This document shows positions 17,641 through 25,259 of a stretch of DNA of 32,000 bases, piece by piece. The notes beneath the pieces are model-generated. The model was not told the origin of the DNA, searched no databases, and saw nothing but the letters and a program-made list of their open reading frames with translations. The DNA is taken from assembly GCF_000012905.2 (NCBI RefSeq), contig NC_007493.2:2670001-2702000 (forward strand), read 5' to 3'. A program made the translations under genes and the position numbers. The stretch comes from Cereibacter sphaeroides 2.4.1 (GTDB taxonomy: Bacteria > Pseudomonadota > Alphaproteobacteria > Rhodobacterales > Rhodobacteraceae). Each line of letters opens with the position of its first letter. Position 1 is the stretch's first letter.

Positions 17641-19287
17641 ATGGATATCAGCCGCACGAGCGATGTCTGGTGGAAGAACGCCGTCTTCTATTGTCTCGAT
17701 GTCGAGACCTTTCAGGACAGCAACGGCGACGGGATCGGAGATTTCGCGGGGCTGACCCGGCGGCTCGACCATCTCGACCGGCTGGGGGTGAGCTGCATCT
17801 GGCTGATGCCCTTCTATCCCAGCCCGAACCAGGACGATGGCTACGACATCACCGACTATTACTCCGTCGATCCCCGCCTCGGCACGCTGGGCGATTTCGT
17901 CGAGTTCCTGCGCGCGGCCCATGACCGCGGGATGCGGGTGATCGCGGACCTCGTGGTGAACCACACCTCGCGCGAGCATCCGTGGTTCCAAGCCTCGCGC
18001 GCCGATCCCGATTCGCCCTACCGCGACTGGTATGTCTGGCGCGATGAGAAACCCGACGAGGATGCCGCCTCGCTGGTCTTCCCCGGAGAAGAGAACAGCA
18101 GCTGGACCTGGGACGCGAAGGCGGGGAAATACTATCTCCACCGCTTCTACAGCCACCAGCCGGACCTGAATGTCGAGAACCGCGCGGTGCGCGACGAGAT
18201 CCAGCGGATCGTGGGCTTCTGGCTCCAGCTCGGCCTGTCGGGCTTCCGCGTGGATGCCGTGCCCTTCCTGCTCGAGCAGATGTCGACGGTGGACACGGGC
18301 TTCGCGCCGCACCGCTGGCTGCGCGACCTGCGCGCCTTCATCAACCGCCGGTCGGGCGATGCGGTGCTTCTGGGCGAGGTGAACCTCGACTACCCGGACG
18401 TGCGCCGCTTCTTCGGCGACGAGGATGGCGACGAGCTGCACATGTGCCTCGACTTCAACCTCAATCAGGCGATGGCGCTGGCGCTGGCCCGCGAGGATGC
18501 GGGGCCCATCGTCCACGGGCTGCGCCACATGCCCGAACTCGCGCCCGACGATGGCTGGGCGCATTTCCTGCGCAATCACGACGAATGGTCGCTCGACAAG
18601 CTGACCGAGGCCGAGCGGCAGGAGGTCTTCGCCTCCTTCGGGCCCGATCCCTCGATGCAGCTCTTCGGACGCGGCCTGCGGCGGCGGATGCCCACCATGC
18701 TGAAGGGCAATCCCGACCGGCTGCGGATGGCCTATGCGCTGATGGCCTCGATGCCGGGCTCACCCGTGATCTTCTATGGCGAGGAGATCGGCATGGCGGA
18801 AAATCTCGAGATCCCCGGACGGCTCGCCGTGCGCGCGCCGATGCAGTGGGATGCCGGCCCGCATGGCGGTTTCTCGAACGCGAGCACCGAGGCCCTGCAC
18901 CGGCCCATGGTCTCGGATCCGCAATGGGGACCCGGGAAGGTCAATGCCATCGACCAGCAGGACCGGCCGGACACGATGTTCCACTTCATGGAGCATCTCC
19001 TGCGGCGGCGGCGGGAGTGCCCCGAGATCGCCTTCGGCGAGCATGCCGTGCTGCCGTTTCCCGAGCCCGAGATCTTCGCCATCCGGCACGACTGGGAGGG
19101 CCGTACGCTCATCGCTCTCGCCAATCTCGGCGCAAAGCCGCAGAAGGTGACGCTCACGCTGCCGAAGGCCTCGGGGCTGGGCAGGCTGCGGCCCATCCTC
19201 GGCGAGGGGAAGGTCTCGCTGCGCAAAGACGAGCTGACGGTCGAGCTCGGGGGCTACGGGCTGCGCTGGGTGCGGTTCGAGAGCTGA
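17641..19287 (+). CDS. GH13 alpha-amylase-family enzyme, trehalose synthase (TreS)-like
   Basis: 548 aa from ATG 17641; the track start GTG 17611 is less likely. GH13 blocks are present: WWKNAVFYCLDVETFQDSNGDGIGDFAGL, GMRVIADLVVNHTS and GFRVDAV. The TreS-like string YYLHRFYSHQPDLN is also present. Confidence 0.88.
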   Translation: MDISRTSDVWWKNAVFYCLDVETFQDSNGDGIGDFAGLTRRLDHLDRLGVSCIWLMPFYPSPNQDDGYDITDYYSVDPRLGTLGDFVEFLRAAHDRGMRVIADLVVNHTSREHPWFQASRADPDSPYRDWYVWRDEKPDEDAASLVFPGEENSSWTWDAKAGKYYLHRFYSHQPDLNVENRAVRDEIQRIVGFWLQLGLSGFRVDAVPFLLEQMSTVDTGFAPHRWLRDLRAFINRRSGDAVLLGEVNLDYPDVRRFFGDEDGDELHMCLDFNLNQAMALALAREDAGPIVHGLRHMPELAPDDGWAHFLRNHDEWSLDKLTEAERQEVFASFGPDPSMQLFGRGLRRRMPTMLKGNPDRLRMAYALMASMPGSPVIFYGEEIGMAENLEIPGRLAVRAPMQWDAGPHGGFSNASTEALHRPMVSDPQWGPGKVNAIDQQDRPDTMFHFMEHLLRRRRECPEIAFGEHAVLPFPEPEIFAIRHDWEGRTLIALANLGAKPQKVTLTLPKASGLGRLRPILGEGKVSLRKDELTVELGGYGLRWVRFES

Positions 19288-19313
19288 TCGCGCACCGCTC
19301 ACGCAGGCTTGCG

Positions 19314-19339
19314 GGAACATCCGCCCCGAGCCTCCGGTT
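19314..19339 (+). promoter_or_regulatory. ECF-sigma (EcfG-type) promoter motif upstream of the tiny-ORF pair
   Basis: GGAAC (19314-19318), N16, then CGGTT (19335-19339). This reads as GGAAC-N17-GGTT, one mismatch from CGTT. It lies 42 nt upstream of ATG 19381. Confidence 0.45.
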
Positions 19340-19380
19340 GGCTCCCTGACGGCGAAGCGATGCGCCGAAAGGAGGACCAG

Positions 19381-19608
19381 ATGGCACATGCGGACAAGAA
19401 GCACTTCGGTCAGGGCGTGCAGGGCAAGGGCGATGGCACCGGCGCCATGACCGAGGCCGACACCGCCGAGATCCCGGCCAATGGCGTGCTGTCCAACCGC
19501 GACAAGCAGGGCAGCGAAAGCCGCGGCAAGGACGGAGGCTACGTCAAGACGCAGCAGTATCAGGACCATGCCGGCAACCGCAGGACCGACGACGAGGATC
19601 GCCCATGA
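19381..19608 (+). CDS. Small hydrophilic protein (75 aa), hypothetical
   Basis: AAAGGAGG (19368-19375) lies 5 nt before ATG 19381. Sequence: MAHADKKHFGQGVQGKGDGTGAMTEADTAEIPANGVLSNRDKQGSESRGKDGGYVKTQQYQDHAGNRRTDDEDRP. It has no hydrophobic segment and is Gly/Lys/Asp/Gln-rich. The track ORF 19309-19608 has no ribosome-binding site at its own start. Confidence 0.5.
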   Translation: MAHADKKHFGQGVQGKGDGTGAMTEADTAEIPANGVLSNRDKQGSESRGKDGGYVKTQQYQDHAGNRRTDDEDRP

Positions 19609-19697
19609 CCGCGAAGACGCCCCCCATTCCGCCCGCGAACCGCAGCGACAAGGGCCCCGGCGGCCCGGCCCACGAGGCGCCGCCGGACGGGAAATGA
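19605..19697 (+). CDS. Very small protein (30 aa), hypothetical, translationally coupled
   Basis: ATGA overlap with the previous stop. Sequence: MTAKTPPIPPANRSDKGPGGPAHEAPPDGK. Too short for the ORF track. A strong terminator hairpin follows immediately. Confidence 0.3.
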   Translation: MTAKTPPIPPANRSDKGPGGPAHEAPPDGK

Positions 19698-19702
19698 AAG
19701 CA

Positions 19703-19734
19703 GGCGCGGGCGCGGCATCCTCCGCGCCCGCGCC
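19703..19734 (+). terminator. Strong GC hairpin ending the tiny-ORF transcription unit
   Basis: GGCGCGGGCGCGG (19703-19715) pairs with CCGCGCCCGCGCC (19722-19734). This is a perfect 13-bp stem with a 6-nt loop, starting 6 nt after the stop at 19697. There is no clear T-tract (GCTTCGG follows). Confidence 0.5.
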
Positions 19735-19807
19735 GCTTCGGCAGATGCCCGGTTGCACCGCCGGACAGGTCCGGCCATGCTCGGCTTTCCGCGGCAGGGA
19801 GGACGCC

Positions 19808-20587
19808 ATGATCCGCATCGGCATCGGCGGCTGGGTCTTCGAGCCCTGGCGCGGCACCTTCTACCCCGAGGGGCTGCCGCAGAAGCGCGAGCTCGGCCAC
19901 GCCGCCTCGCGCCTGACCACCCTCGAGATCAACGGCACCTACTACGGGTCGCAGAAGCCCGAGAGCTTTGCGCGATGGCATGACGAGGTGCCCGACGATT
20001 TCGTCTTCGCCCTCAAGGCGCCCCGATTCGCCACCAACCGCAGGAAGCTCGCCGAGGCCGGCGCATCGGTGGACCGCTTCCTGAACAGCGGGATCCTGCG
20101 TCTCGGCGCCAAGCTCGGGCCGATCAACTGGCAGTTCCTGCCGACGAAGGCCTTCGATCCCGAGGATTTCGCGGCCTTCCTCGCGCTCCTGCCGCCCGAG
20201 CACGAGGGCCAACGGTTGCGCCATGCTGTCGAGGTGCGCCACGAGAGCTTCCGCGATCCGGCCTTCGTCGCCCTGGCGGCCGAGCGGAACGTGGCGATCG
20301 TGGTCGAGGGCGACAGCGAGCATCCGCAGATCGCCGACCCCACCGCCGATTTCGTCTATGCCCGCATCATGGGCACCCGCGAGGGTGAAGCGGACGGCTA
20401 TCCGCCGGAGGCCCTCGACCAGTGGGCCGCCCGCGCCCGCGACTGGGAGGCCGGGCGCGCGCCCGAGGGGCTCGCGCGCGTGACCGAGACGCCCGACACG
20501 CCCCGCGACGTGTTCCTCTATGTCATCTCGGGCCACAAGGTCGCGAACCCGGCCGCGGCCGAGGCGCTGCTCGCCCGTCTGCGCTGA
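19808..20587 (+). CDS. DUF72-family protein
   Basis: ATG 19808 (M110 of track ORF 19481-20587) with GGGAGGA 5 nt upstream gives 259 aa. MIRIGIGGWVFEPWRGTFYPEGLPQKRELGHAASRLTTLEINGTYYG is typical of the DUF72/YecE-like family (recognised from memory). Confidence 0.85.
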   Translation: MIRIGIGGWVFEPWRGTFYPEGLPQKRELGHAASRLTTLEINGTYYGSQKPESFARWHDEVPDDFVFALKAPRFATNRRKLAEAGASVDRFLNSGILRLGAKLGPINWQFLPTKAFDPEDFAAFLALLPPEHEGQRLRHAVEVRHESFRDPAFVALAAERNVAIVVEGDSEHPQIADPTADFVYARIMGTREGEADGYPPEALDQWAARARDWEAGRAPEGLARVTETPDTPRDVFLYVISGHKVANPAAAEALLARLR

Positions 20588-20593
20588 CCGGAG

Positions 20594-20640
20594 CGCCCGT
20601 TTCGCGGGCACGGCATCGACTTTCGAGAGATATTTGGGCA
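20594..20640 (-). repeat. Degenerate, inverted copy of the REP-like repeat
   Basis: GATATTTGGGCA (20629-20640) is the reverse complement of the TGCCCAAATATC core of copy 1. A small hairpin GCCCG-tttcg-CGGGC (20595-20609) lies where the GC hairpins would be. It is intergenic, between DUF72 and the ABC binding-protein gene. Confidence 0.3.
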
Positions 20641-20735
20641 CATTGGCCGCGGAGACTCCCGCCGCGCGGGCGGTCCGCTTGCACCTGCCCGCCAGCCGGT
20701 CAGCCTCGCCTGCAACGTCAGATCGGGAGAGAGCC

Positions 20736-21743
20736 ATGTTCCGCGCCTCCGCCGCCCTCGCCGCGGCCTTCACCGTCACCGCCACATGGGCCGGGGCCGA
20801 GACCGCCATGCCCTTCGCGCTCGACTGGAAGTTCGAGGGTCCGGCCGCTCCCTATTTCGTAGCGCTCGACAAGGGCCATTTCGCGGCCGAGGACCTCAAG
20901 GTGGAGATTTCCGAGGGCGCGGGCTCGCTCGATGCGATCCCGAAGGTCGCGACCGGCGCCTTCCCGGTGGGGTTCGCCGACATCAACAGCCTGATGAAGT
21001 TCCTCGACCAGAACCCGGGCGCGCCGGTTATCGCCGCCATGATGATCTACGACAAGCCGCCCTTCGCGGTCGTCGGGCGCAGGTCGCAGGGCGTCGAGGC
21101 CCCGAAGGATCTCGAGGGCCGCAAGCTCGGCGCGCCGCCCCCCGATGGCGCCTGGGCGCAGTTCCCGATCTTCGCCGCCGAGAACGGGCTCGACATGGCC
21201 GCCATCACCGTCGAGCCGGTGGGCTTTCCCGTGCGCGAGCCGATGCTGGCCGAGGGTCGGGTCGATGCGGTGACGGGCTTCTCCTTCTCCTCGGTCCTGA
21301 ACCTCGTGCGGCTGGGCGTGCCCGAGGAGGATCTCTCGACCCTGCTCATGGCCGATCACGGCGTGGCGCTCTACGGCAATGCGATCATCGTCAATACCGA
21401 CTTCGGCAAGGACCACCCCGAGGCGGTGACGGGCTTCCTGCGCGCCGTGGCGAAGGGCTGGAAGGATGCGGTGGCCGAGCCCGGCGCAGCCATCGCGGCG
21501 CTGATCGAGCGCAACCCGGCCGCCGATGCCGCGCTCGAGGAGCGCCGCCTCGGCATGGCGATCCGCGACAATGTCCTGACCGACTGGGTGAAGGCCAACG
21601 GCATGGGCAATATCGACCCCGAGCGCATGGCCCGCGCCATCGAACAGACGAAATCCGTCTACGAGTTCCAGAACGAACCCGACGCCGCCCTCTACTTCGA
21701 TCCGCAGTGGCTGCCCGCCGACGGCAGCCTGACCTTCGAGTGA
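20736..21743 (+). CDS. ABC transporter periplasmic substrate-binding protein (NMT1/THI5-like, NitT/TauT family)
   Basis: ATG 20736 (M73 of track ORF 20520-21743) gives 335 aa with signal peptide MFRASAALAAAFTVTATWAGA. The mature protein starts FALDWKFEGPAAPYFVALDKGHFAAEDLKV, typical of this binding-protein family. Confidence 0.85.
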   Translation: MFRASAALAAAFTVTATWAGAETAMPFALDWKFEGPAAPYFVALDKGHFAAEDLKVEISEGAGSLDAIPKVATGAFPVGFADINSLMKFLDQNPGAPVIAAMMIYDKPPFAVVGRRSQGVEAPKDLEGRKLGAPPPDGAWAQFPIFAAENGLDMAAITVEPVGFPVREPMLAEGRVDAVTGFSFSSVLNLVRLGVPEEDLSTLLMADHGVALYGNAIIVNTDFGKDHPEAVTGFLRAVAKGWKDAVAEPGAAIAALIERNPAADAALEERRLGMAIRDNVLTDWVKANGMGNIDPERMARAIEQTKSVYEFQNEPDAALYFDPQWLPADGSLTFE

Positions 21744-21800
21744 CGTCCGAGTGACCGGGGCGCGGGCCATCGGCCCCGCCCCCTCCCCGACGGGAAGACC

Positions 21801-22694
21801 ATGCCCGACCTCATCGACATCCGCGGCGTGAGCCACGCCTACAGAACGCCCGCCGGCCCGCTGCCGGTGCTGGAGGACCTGAACATCTCGGTCCCCGAGG
21901 CCACCTTCTGCGCGGTCGTGGGCCCCTCGGGCTGCGGCAAGTCCACCCTCACCCGGCTGGTGGCCGGGCTGATGAAGCCCGACCGCGGCGAGGTCTGGCT
22001 GCATGGCGAGCGCGTGACCTCGCCGCGCCGCACGGTGGGCATGGCCTTCCAGAACCCGGTGCTGCTCGAATGGCGCACCATCCTCGAGAACGTGATCCTG
22101 CCGCTCGAGATCGTGGCGCCGCGGATGCCGCGGAAGGAGCGGGTCGAGCGGGCGATGACGCTTCTCGAGATGGTGGGGCTGAAGGGCTTCGAGGCCAAGC
22201 GGCCGAGCCAGCTCTCGGGCGGGATGCGCCAGCGCGCCTCGCTCTGCCGGGCCATCGTGCACCGGCCCGACGTGCTCATCATGGACGAGCCCTTCGGCGC
22301 GCTCGACAATTTCACCCGCGAGGATCTGTGGCAGACCATGCGCGACCTGCGTGCGGCCGAACCCTTCACCTGCGTGCTCATCACCCACGACCTGCGCGAA
22401 AGCGTCTTCCTCGGCGATCAAGTCATCGTGCTGTCGGGCCGCCCGGCCTCCACCCAGTTCATCCTGAACGTGGGCCTGCCCGCCGACCGGCGCATCGACG
22501 TGCTCTATACCCCCGAGGCCACCGACATGCTGCATCTCCTGCGCGACCAGATCCGCATCGCGCAGGGACGCGAGGAACCTGTCGCAGGGACCCGCGGAAG
22601 CCCGGTCTCCACCCCGCGCGGTGAGCAGACCGCTGTCCCGGGACGCGACGGCCCCCCGGCTGCCCCGTTGCCTCGCGACGGCGAGGCCCGCTGA
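21801..22694 (+). CDS. ABC transporter ATP-binding protein (NitT/TauT family)
   Basis: Walker A GPSGCGKST, signature LSGGMRQR and Walker B VLIMDEPFGALD are present. The 297-aa protein includes a ~45-aa Pro/Gly/Arg-rich C-terminal tail. Confidence 0.92.
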   Translation: MPDLIDIRGVSHAYRTPAGPLPVLEDLNISVPEATFCAVVGPSGCGKSTLTRLVAGLMKPDRGEVWLHGERVTSPRRTVGMAFQNPVLLEWRTILENVILPLEIVAPRMPRKERVERAMTLLEMVGLKGFEAKRPSQLSGGMRQRASLCRAIVHRPDVLIMDEPFGALDNFTREDLWQTMRDLRAAEPFTCVLITHDLRESVFLGDQVIVLSGRPASTQFILNVGLPADRRIDVLYTPEATDMLHLLRDQIRIAQGREEPVAGTRGSPVSTPRGEQTAVPGRDGPPAAPLPRDGEAR

Positions 22695-23458
22695 TGGATC
22701 TCCTGCGCAAGATCGGCGTGCCGCTCGCCGCGATCCTGATCTTCCTCGCGCTCTGGGAGGGGATCGTCTGGTGGAACGGCTGGCCCAACTACAAGATGGC
22801 CTCGCCCTCGGACCTGCCCCCCGCCTTTGCCCGCTACTGGGAGCTCTTTCTCACCATGGGCTGGCAGACGCTCTGGCGCACGGTGGCCGGTCTCGGCCTC
22901 GCCGTGATCTTCGGCACCCTCCTCGGCATGGTGATGGGCTTCTCGCGCATCGCCCGCGACGGGCTCTATCCGCTGCTCGTGGGCTTCAACGCCATCCCCA
23001 AGGCCACGCTCGTGCCGGTGCTTGCGCTGATCTTCATCGGCCAGCACGATTTCAACACCGTGCTCATGGCCTTCCTGATCTCCTTCTTCCCCATCGCCGT
23101 GTCGGTGGGCATTGGCCTCTCGACGCTCGAGCCGGAATATCGCGACATCCTCCGCTCGCTCGGGGCCTCGAAGCTCACGATCTTCTGGAAGATCGCCCTG
23201 CCCAAGACCCTGCCCGAGTTCTTCGGCGCGCTGAAGGTCTCGGTCACGCTCGCCTTCATCGGCACCAACCTGGTCGAGATCGTGAGCCCGCACGGCCGCG
23301 GCCTCGGCGCGCTCTTCAAGTCGGGCGAGACCAACGGCGACTATCCCCTGATGTTCGCCGTCCTCATCGCGCTCGCCTTCCTCGGCATCCTGCTCTACTA
23401 TGCCGTGGTCGCGCTCGAGCGGATCTTCGCCGGATGGGCCGAGCGTCCGCAGCACTGA
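22694..23458 (+). CDS. ABC transporter permease
   Basis: 254 aa and multi-pass hydrophobic. It has the conserved cytoplasmic loop GASKLTIFWKIALPKTLPEFFGALK. TGATG overlap with the ATPase stop. Confidence 0.9.
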   Translation: MDLLRKIGVPLAAILIFLALWEGIVWWNGWPNYKMASPSDLPPAFARYWELFLTMGWQTLWRTVAGLGLAVIFGTLLGMVMGFSRIARDGLYPLLVGFNAIPKATLVPVLALIFIGQHDFNTVLMAFLISFFPIAVSVGIGLSTLEPEYRDILRSLGASKLTIFWKIALPKTLPEFFGALKVSVTLAFIGTNLVEIVSPHGRGLGALFKSGETNGDYPLMFAVLIALAFLGILLYYAVVALERIFAGWAERPQH

Positions 23459-23566
23459 AATTTCACGAAGCGCGAATGGCGGGGCCGCCCCATACCGGCC
23501 TGTTGCCTTTTCGCCGGATCGCGTCTCAAACTCGACCGAACGGTCAGGAATCACGGCAGGGAGAAG

Positions 23567-24949
23567 ATGATGGAAGGCTTGGCGCAGGCGAACGACCTCA
23601 GCGAGGTGATTGAGGCGGACCGCGCACATATGTGGCACCACCTGAGCCAGCACAAACAATACGAGACGGTCGATCCCCGGATCATCGTCGAGGGCAAGGG
23701 GATGCGGGTCTGGGATGCGGCCGGCAAGGAGCATCTCGACGCGGTCTCGGGCGGCGTCTGGACGGTGAACGTGGGCTACGGCCGCGAAAGCATCGCCAAT
23801 GCAGTGCGCGACCAGCTCATCAAGATGAACTATTTCGCCCATTCCGCAGGCTCGATCCCGGCCTCGCGCTTCTCCAAACGCCTGATCGAGAAGATGCCGG
23901 GCCTCTCGCGCGTCTACTATTCGAACTCGGGCTCCGAGGCGAACGAGAAGGTCTTCAAGATGGTGCGCCAGATCTCGCACCGGCACCATGGCGGCAAGAA
24001 GGGCAAGATCCTCTTCCGCGAGCGCGACTATCACGGCACCACCATCACCGCACTCGCCACCTCTGGCCAGCCGCAGCGCGCCGAGCAGTACGGGCCGCTC
24101 ACGCCGGGCTTCGTGATGGTCCCGCACTGCCTCGAATACCGCAAGCAGTGGGACGTCGAGAATTACGGCGAGCGCGCCGCCGACGCCATCGAGGAGGTGA
24201 TCCTGCGCGAGGGCCCCGATACGATCGGCGCGCTCTGCCTCGAGCCGGTAACGGCCGGCGGCGGCGTGATCGTGCCGCCCGCGGGCTACTGGGAGCGGGT
24301 GCAGGAGATCTGCCGGAAATACGACATCCTCCTCCATATCGACGAGGTGGTCTGCGGGCTCGGCCGCACCGGCACCTGGTTCGGCTATCAGAACTTCGGC
24401 GTGAAACCCGATTTCGTCACCATGGCCAAGGGCGTGGCCTCGGGCTATGCGGCCATCTCCTGCACGGTCACGACCGAGGCCGTCTTCGACATGTTCAAGG
24501 ACGATCCCTCCGATCCGATGAGCTACTTCCGCGACATCTCCACCTTCGGCGGCTGCACCGCGGGCCCGGTCGCGGCGCTCGAGAACATGCGGATCATCGA
24601 GGACGAGGGTCTGCTCGAGAACACGCTGAAGATGGGCGCGCGCGTGGTCGAGAACCTCTCCGCGCTGCAGGAGAAGCACGCCGTCATCGGCGACGTGCGC
24701 GGCAAGGGTCTGTTCTGCGGGGCCGAGCTCGTGGCCGACCGCGCCACGAAGGAGCCCATGGACGAGAAGCGCGTGGCGGCCGTGGTGGCCGACGTGATGG
24801 CGCAGGGCGTCATCATCGGCATGACGAACCGCAGCCTGCCGGGCTTCAACAACACGCTCTGCCTCTCGCCCGCGCTGATCGCCACGCCCGACGACATCGA
24901 CCAGATCACGGACGCCATCGACCGCGCCCTGACCCGCGTCTTCGGCTGA
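23567..24949 (+). CDS. Class-III (omega) PLP-dependent aminotransferase
   Basis: 460 aa with SNSGSEANE, HIDEVVCGLGRTGTWFG and the Lys context FVTMAKGVASGY. GGGAGAAG lies upstream of the ATG. Confidence 0.92.
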   Translation: MMEGLAQANDLSEVIEADRAHMWHHLSQHKQYETVDPRIIVEGKGMRVWDAAGKEHLDAVSGGVWTVNVGYGRESIANAVRDQLIKMNYFAHSAGSIPASRFSKRLIEKMPGLSRVYYSNSGSEANEKVFKMVRQISHRHHGGKKGKILFRERDYHGTTITALATSGQPQRAEQYGPLTPGFVMVPHCLEYRKQWDVENYGERAADAIEEVILREGPDTIGALCLEPVTAGGGVIVPPAGYWERVQEICRKYDILLHIDEVVCGLGRTGTWFGYQNFGVKPDFVTMAKGVASGYAAISCTVTTEAVFDMFKDDPSDPMSYFRDISTFGGCTAGPVAALENMRIIEDEGLLENTLKMGARVVENLSALQEKHAVIGDVRGKGLFCGAELVADRATKEPMDEKRVAAVVADVMAQGVIIGMTNRSLPGFNNTLCLSPALIATPDDIDQITDAIDRALTRVFG

Positions 24950-24956
24950 TCCCACC

Positions 24957-24980
24957 GGCGCCCGCCCCCCGGCGGGCGCC
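24957..24980 (+). terminator. GC hairpin after the aminotransferase gene
   Basis: GGCGCCCGCC-cccc-GGCGGGCGCC, a perfect 10-bp stem starting 8 nt after the stop. No T-tract follows. Confidence 0.45.
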
Positions 24981-25259
24981 CCCCCTCCTGCGCCGGGTCC
25001 CGGTCTCCGGGGCCGCACCGGAGCGCCCGCCCGCCGTGGCTGCCTCGCCCGACGCCTCGCCCTCCGCACCCACGCCGCACCATCGAGCGGGCCCTCGGCC
25101 CTCTCGGCAGCCACCGGGCCGACAAGGGCGGGCCCGCGGGCTCTCTCCGCCCGCCCTGCGACCCGATGTCAGATTCCGCTCACCCTAGGTCGCTTTGTGA
25201 TGTGCCCCGCAGGCCCCGGCGCTATAGCCCCTTCGGAAAGACCACCGCGAGGGAGCCCC

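Noticed and set aside
19309-19380. Longer form (99 aa) of the first tiny protein
   Set aside because: The start at 19309 lies upstream of, and overlaps, the predicted -35 element (19314-19318) and has no ribosome-binding site. ATG 19381 is preceded by AAAGGAGG.
20627-20650. Sigma-54-like -24/-12 element (TTGGGCAC-N5-..) upstream of the ABC operon
   Set aside because: GGGCAC is not followed by TTGC at the required spacing. The string is better explained as the inverted core of the REP-like repeat.
15292-22535. Other long alternative-frame ORFs (15292-16758, 16434-17396, 17398-18579, 18760-19857, 19544-20809, 20718-22535)
   Set aside because: Each overlaps a gene with strong family signatures on the other strand or frame (mtaB, dapF, GH13, DUF72, ABC genes). 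ORF 17398-18579 would even run through the tRNA-Lys gene.
20736-24949. Naming the ABC/aminotransferase cluster as the taurine system (tauABC-tpa)
   Set aside because: No tauR, xsc or pta is adjacent, and purU follows instead. The binding protein cannot be assigned to taurine from sequence inspection alone.
22505-25114. 869-aa minus-strand ORF, the longest in the window
   Set aside because: It is antisense to the ABC permease and aminotransferase genes, which have unmistakable motifs. Its translation is Arg/Ala/Gly/Asp-rich with no recognisable domain. This is a typical shadow ORF of a high-GC genome.
24981-25259. Possible riboswitch (for example ZTP or glycine type) or leader peptide in the 280-nt purU leader
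   Set aside because: I could not find the conserved ZTP/pfl elements (no ..CCGCCTGGGC..-like 3' domain) or any other riboswitch core I know. No convincing small ORF or sigma-70 promoter is visible by eye. A covariance-model scan would be needed to settle it.
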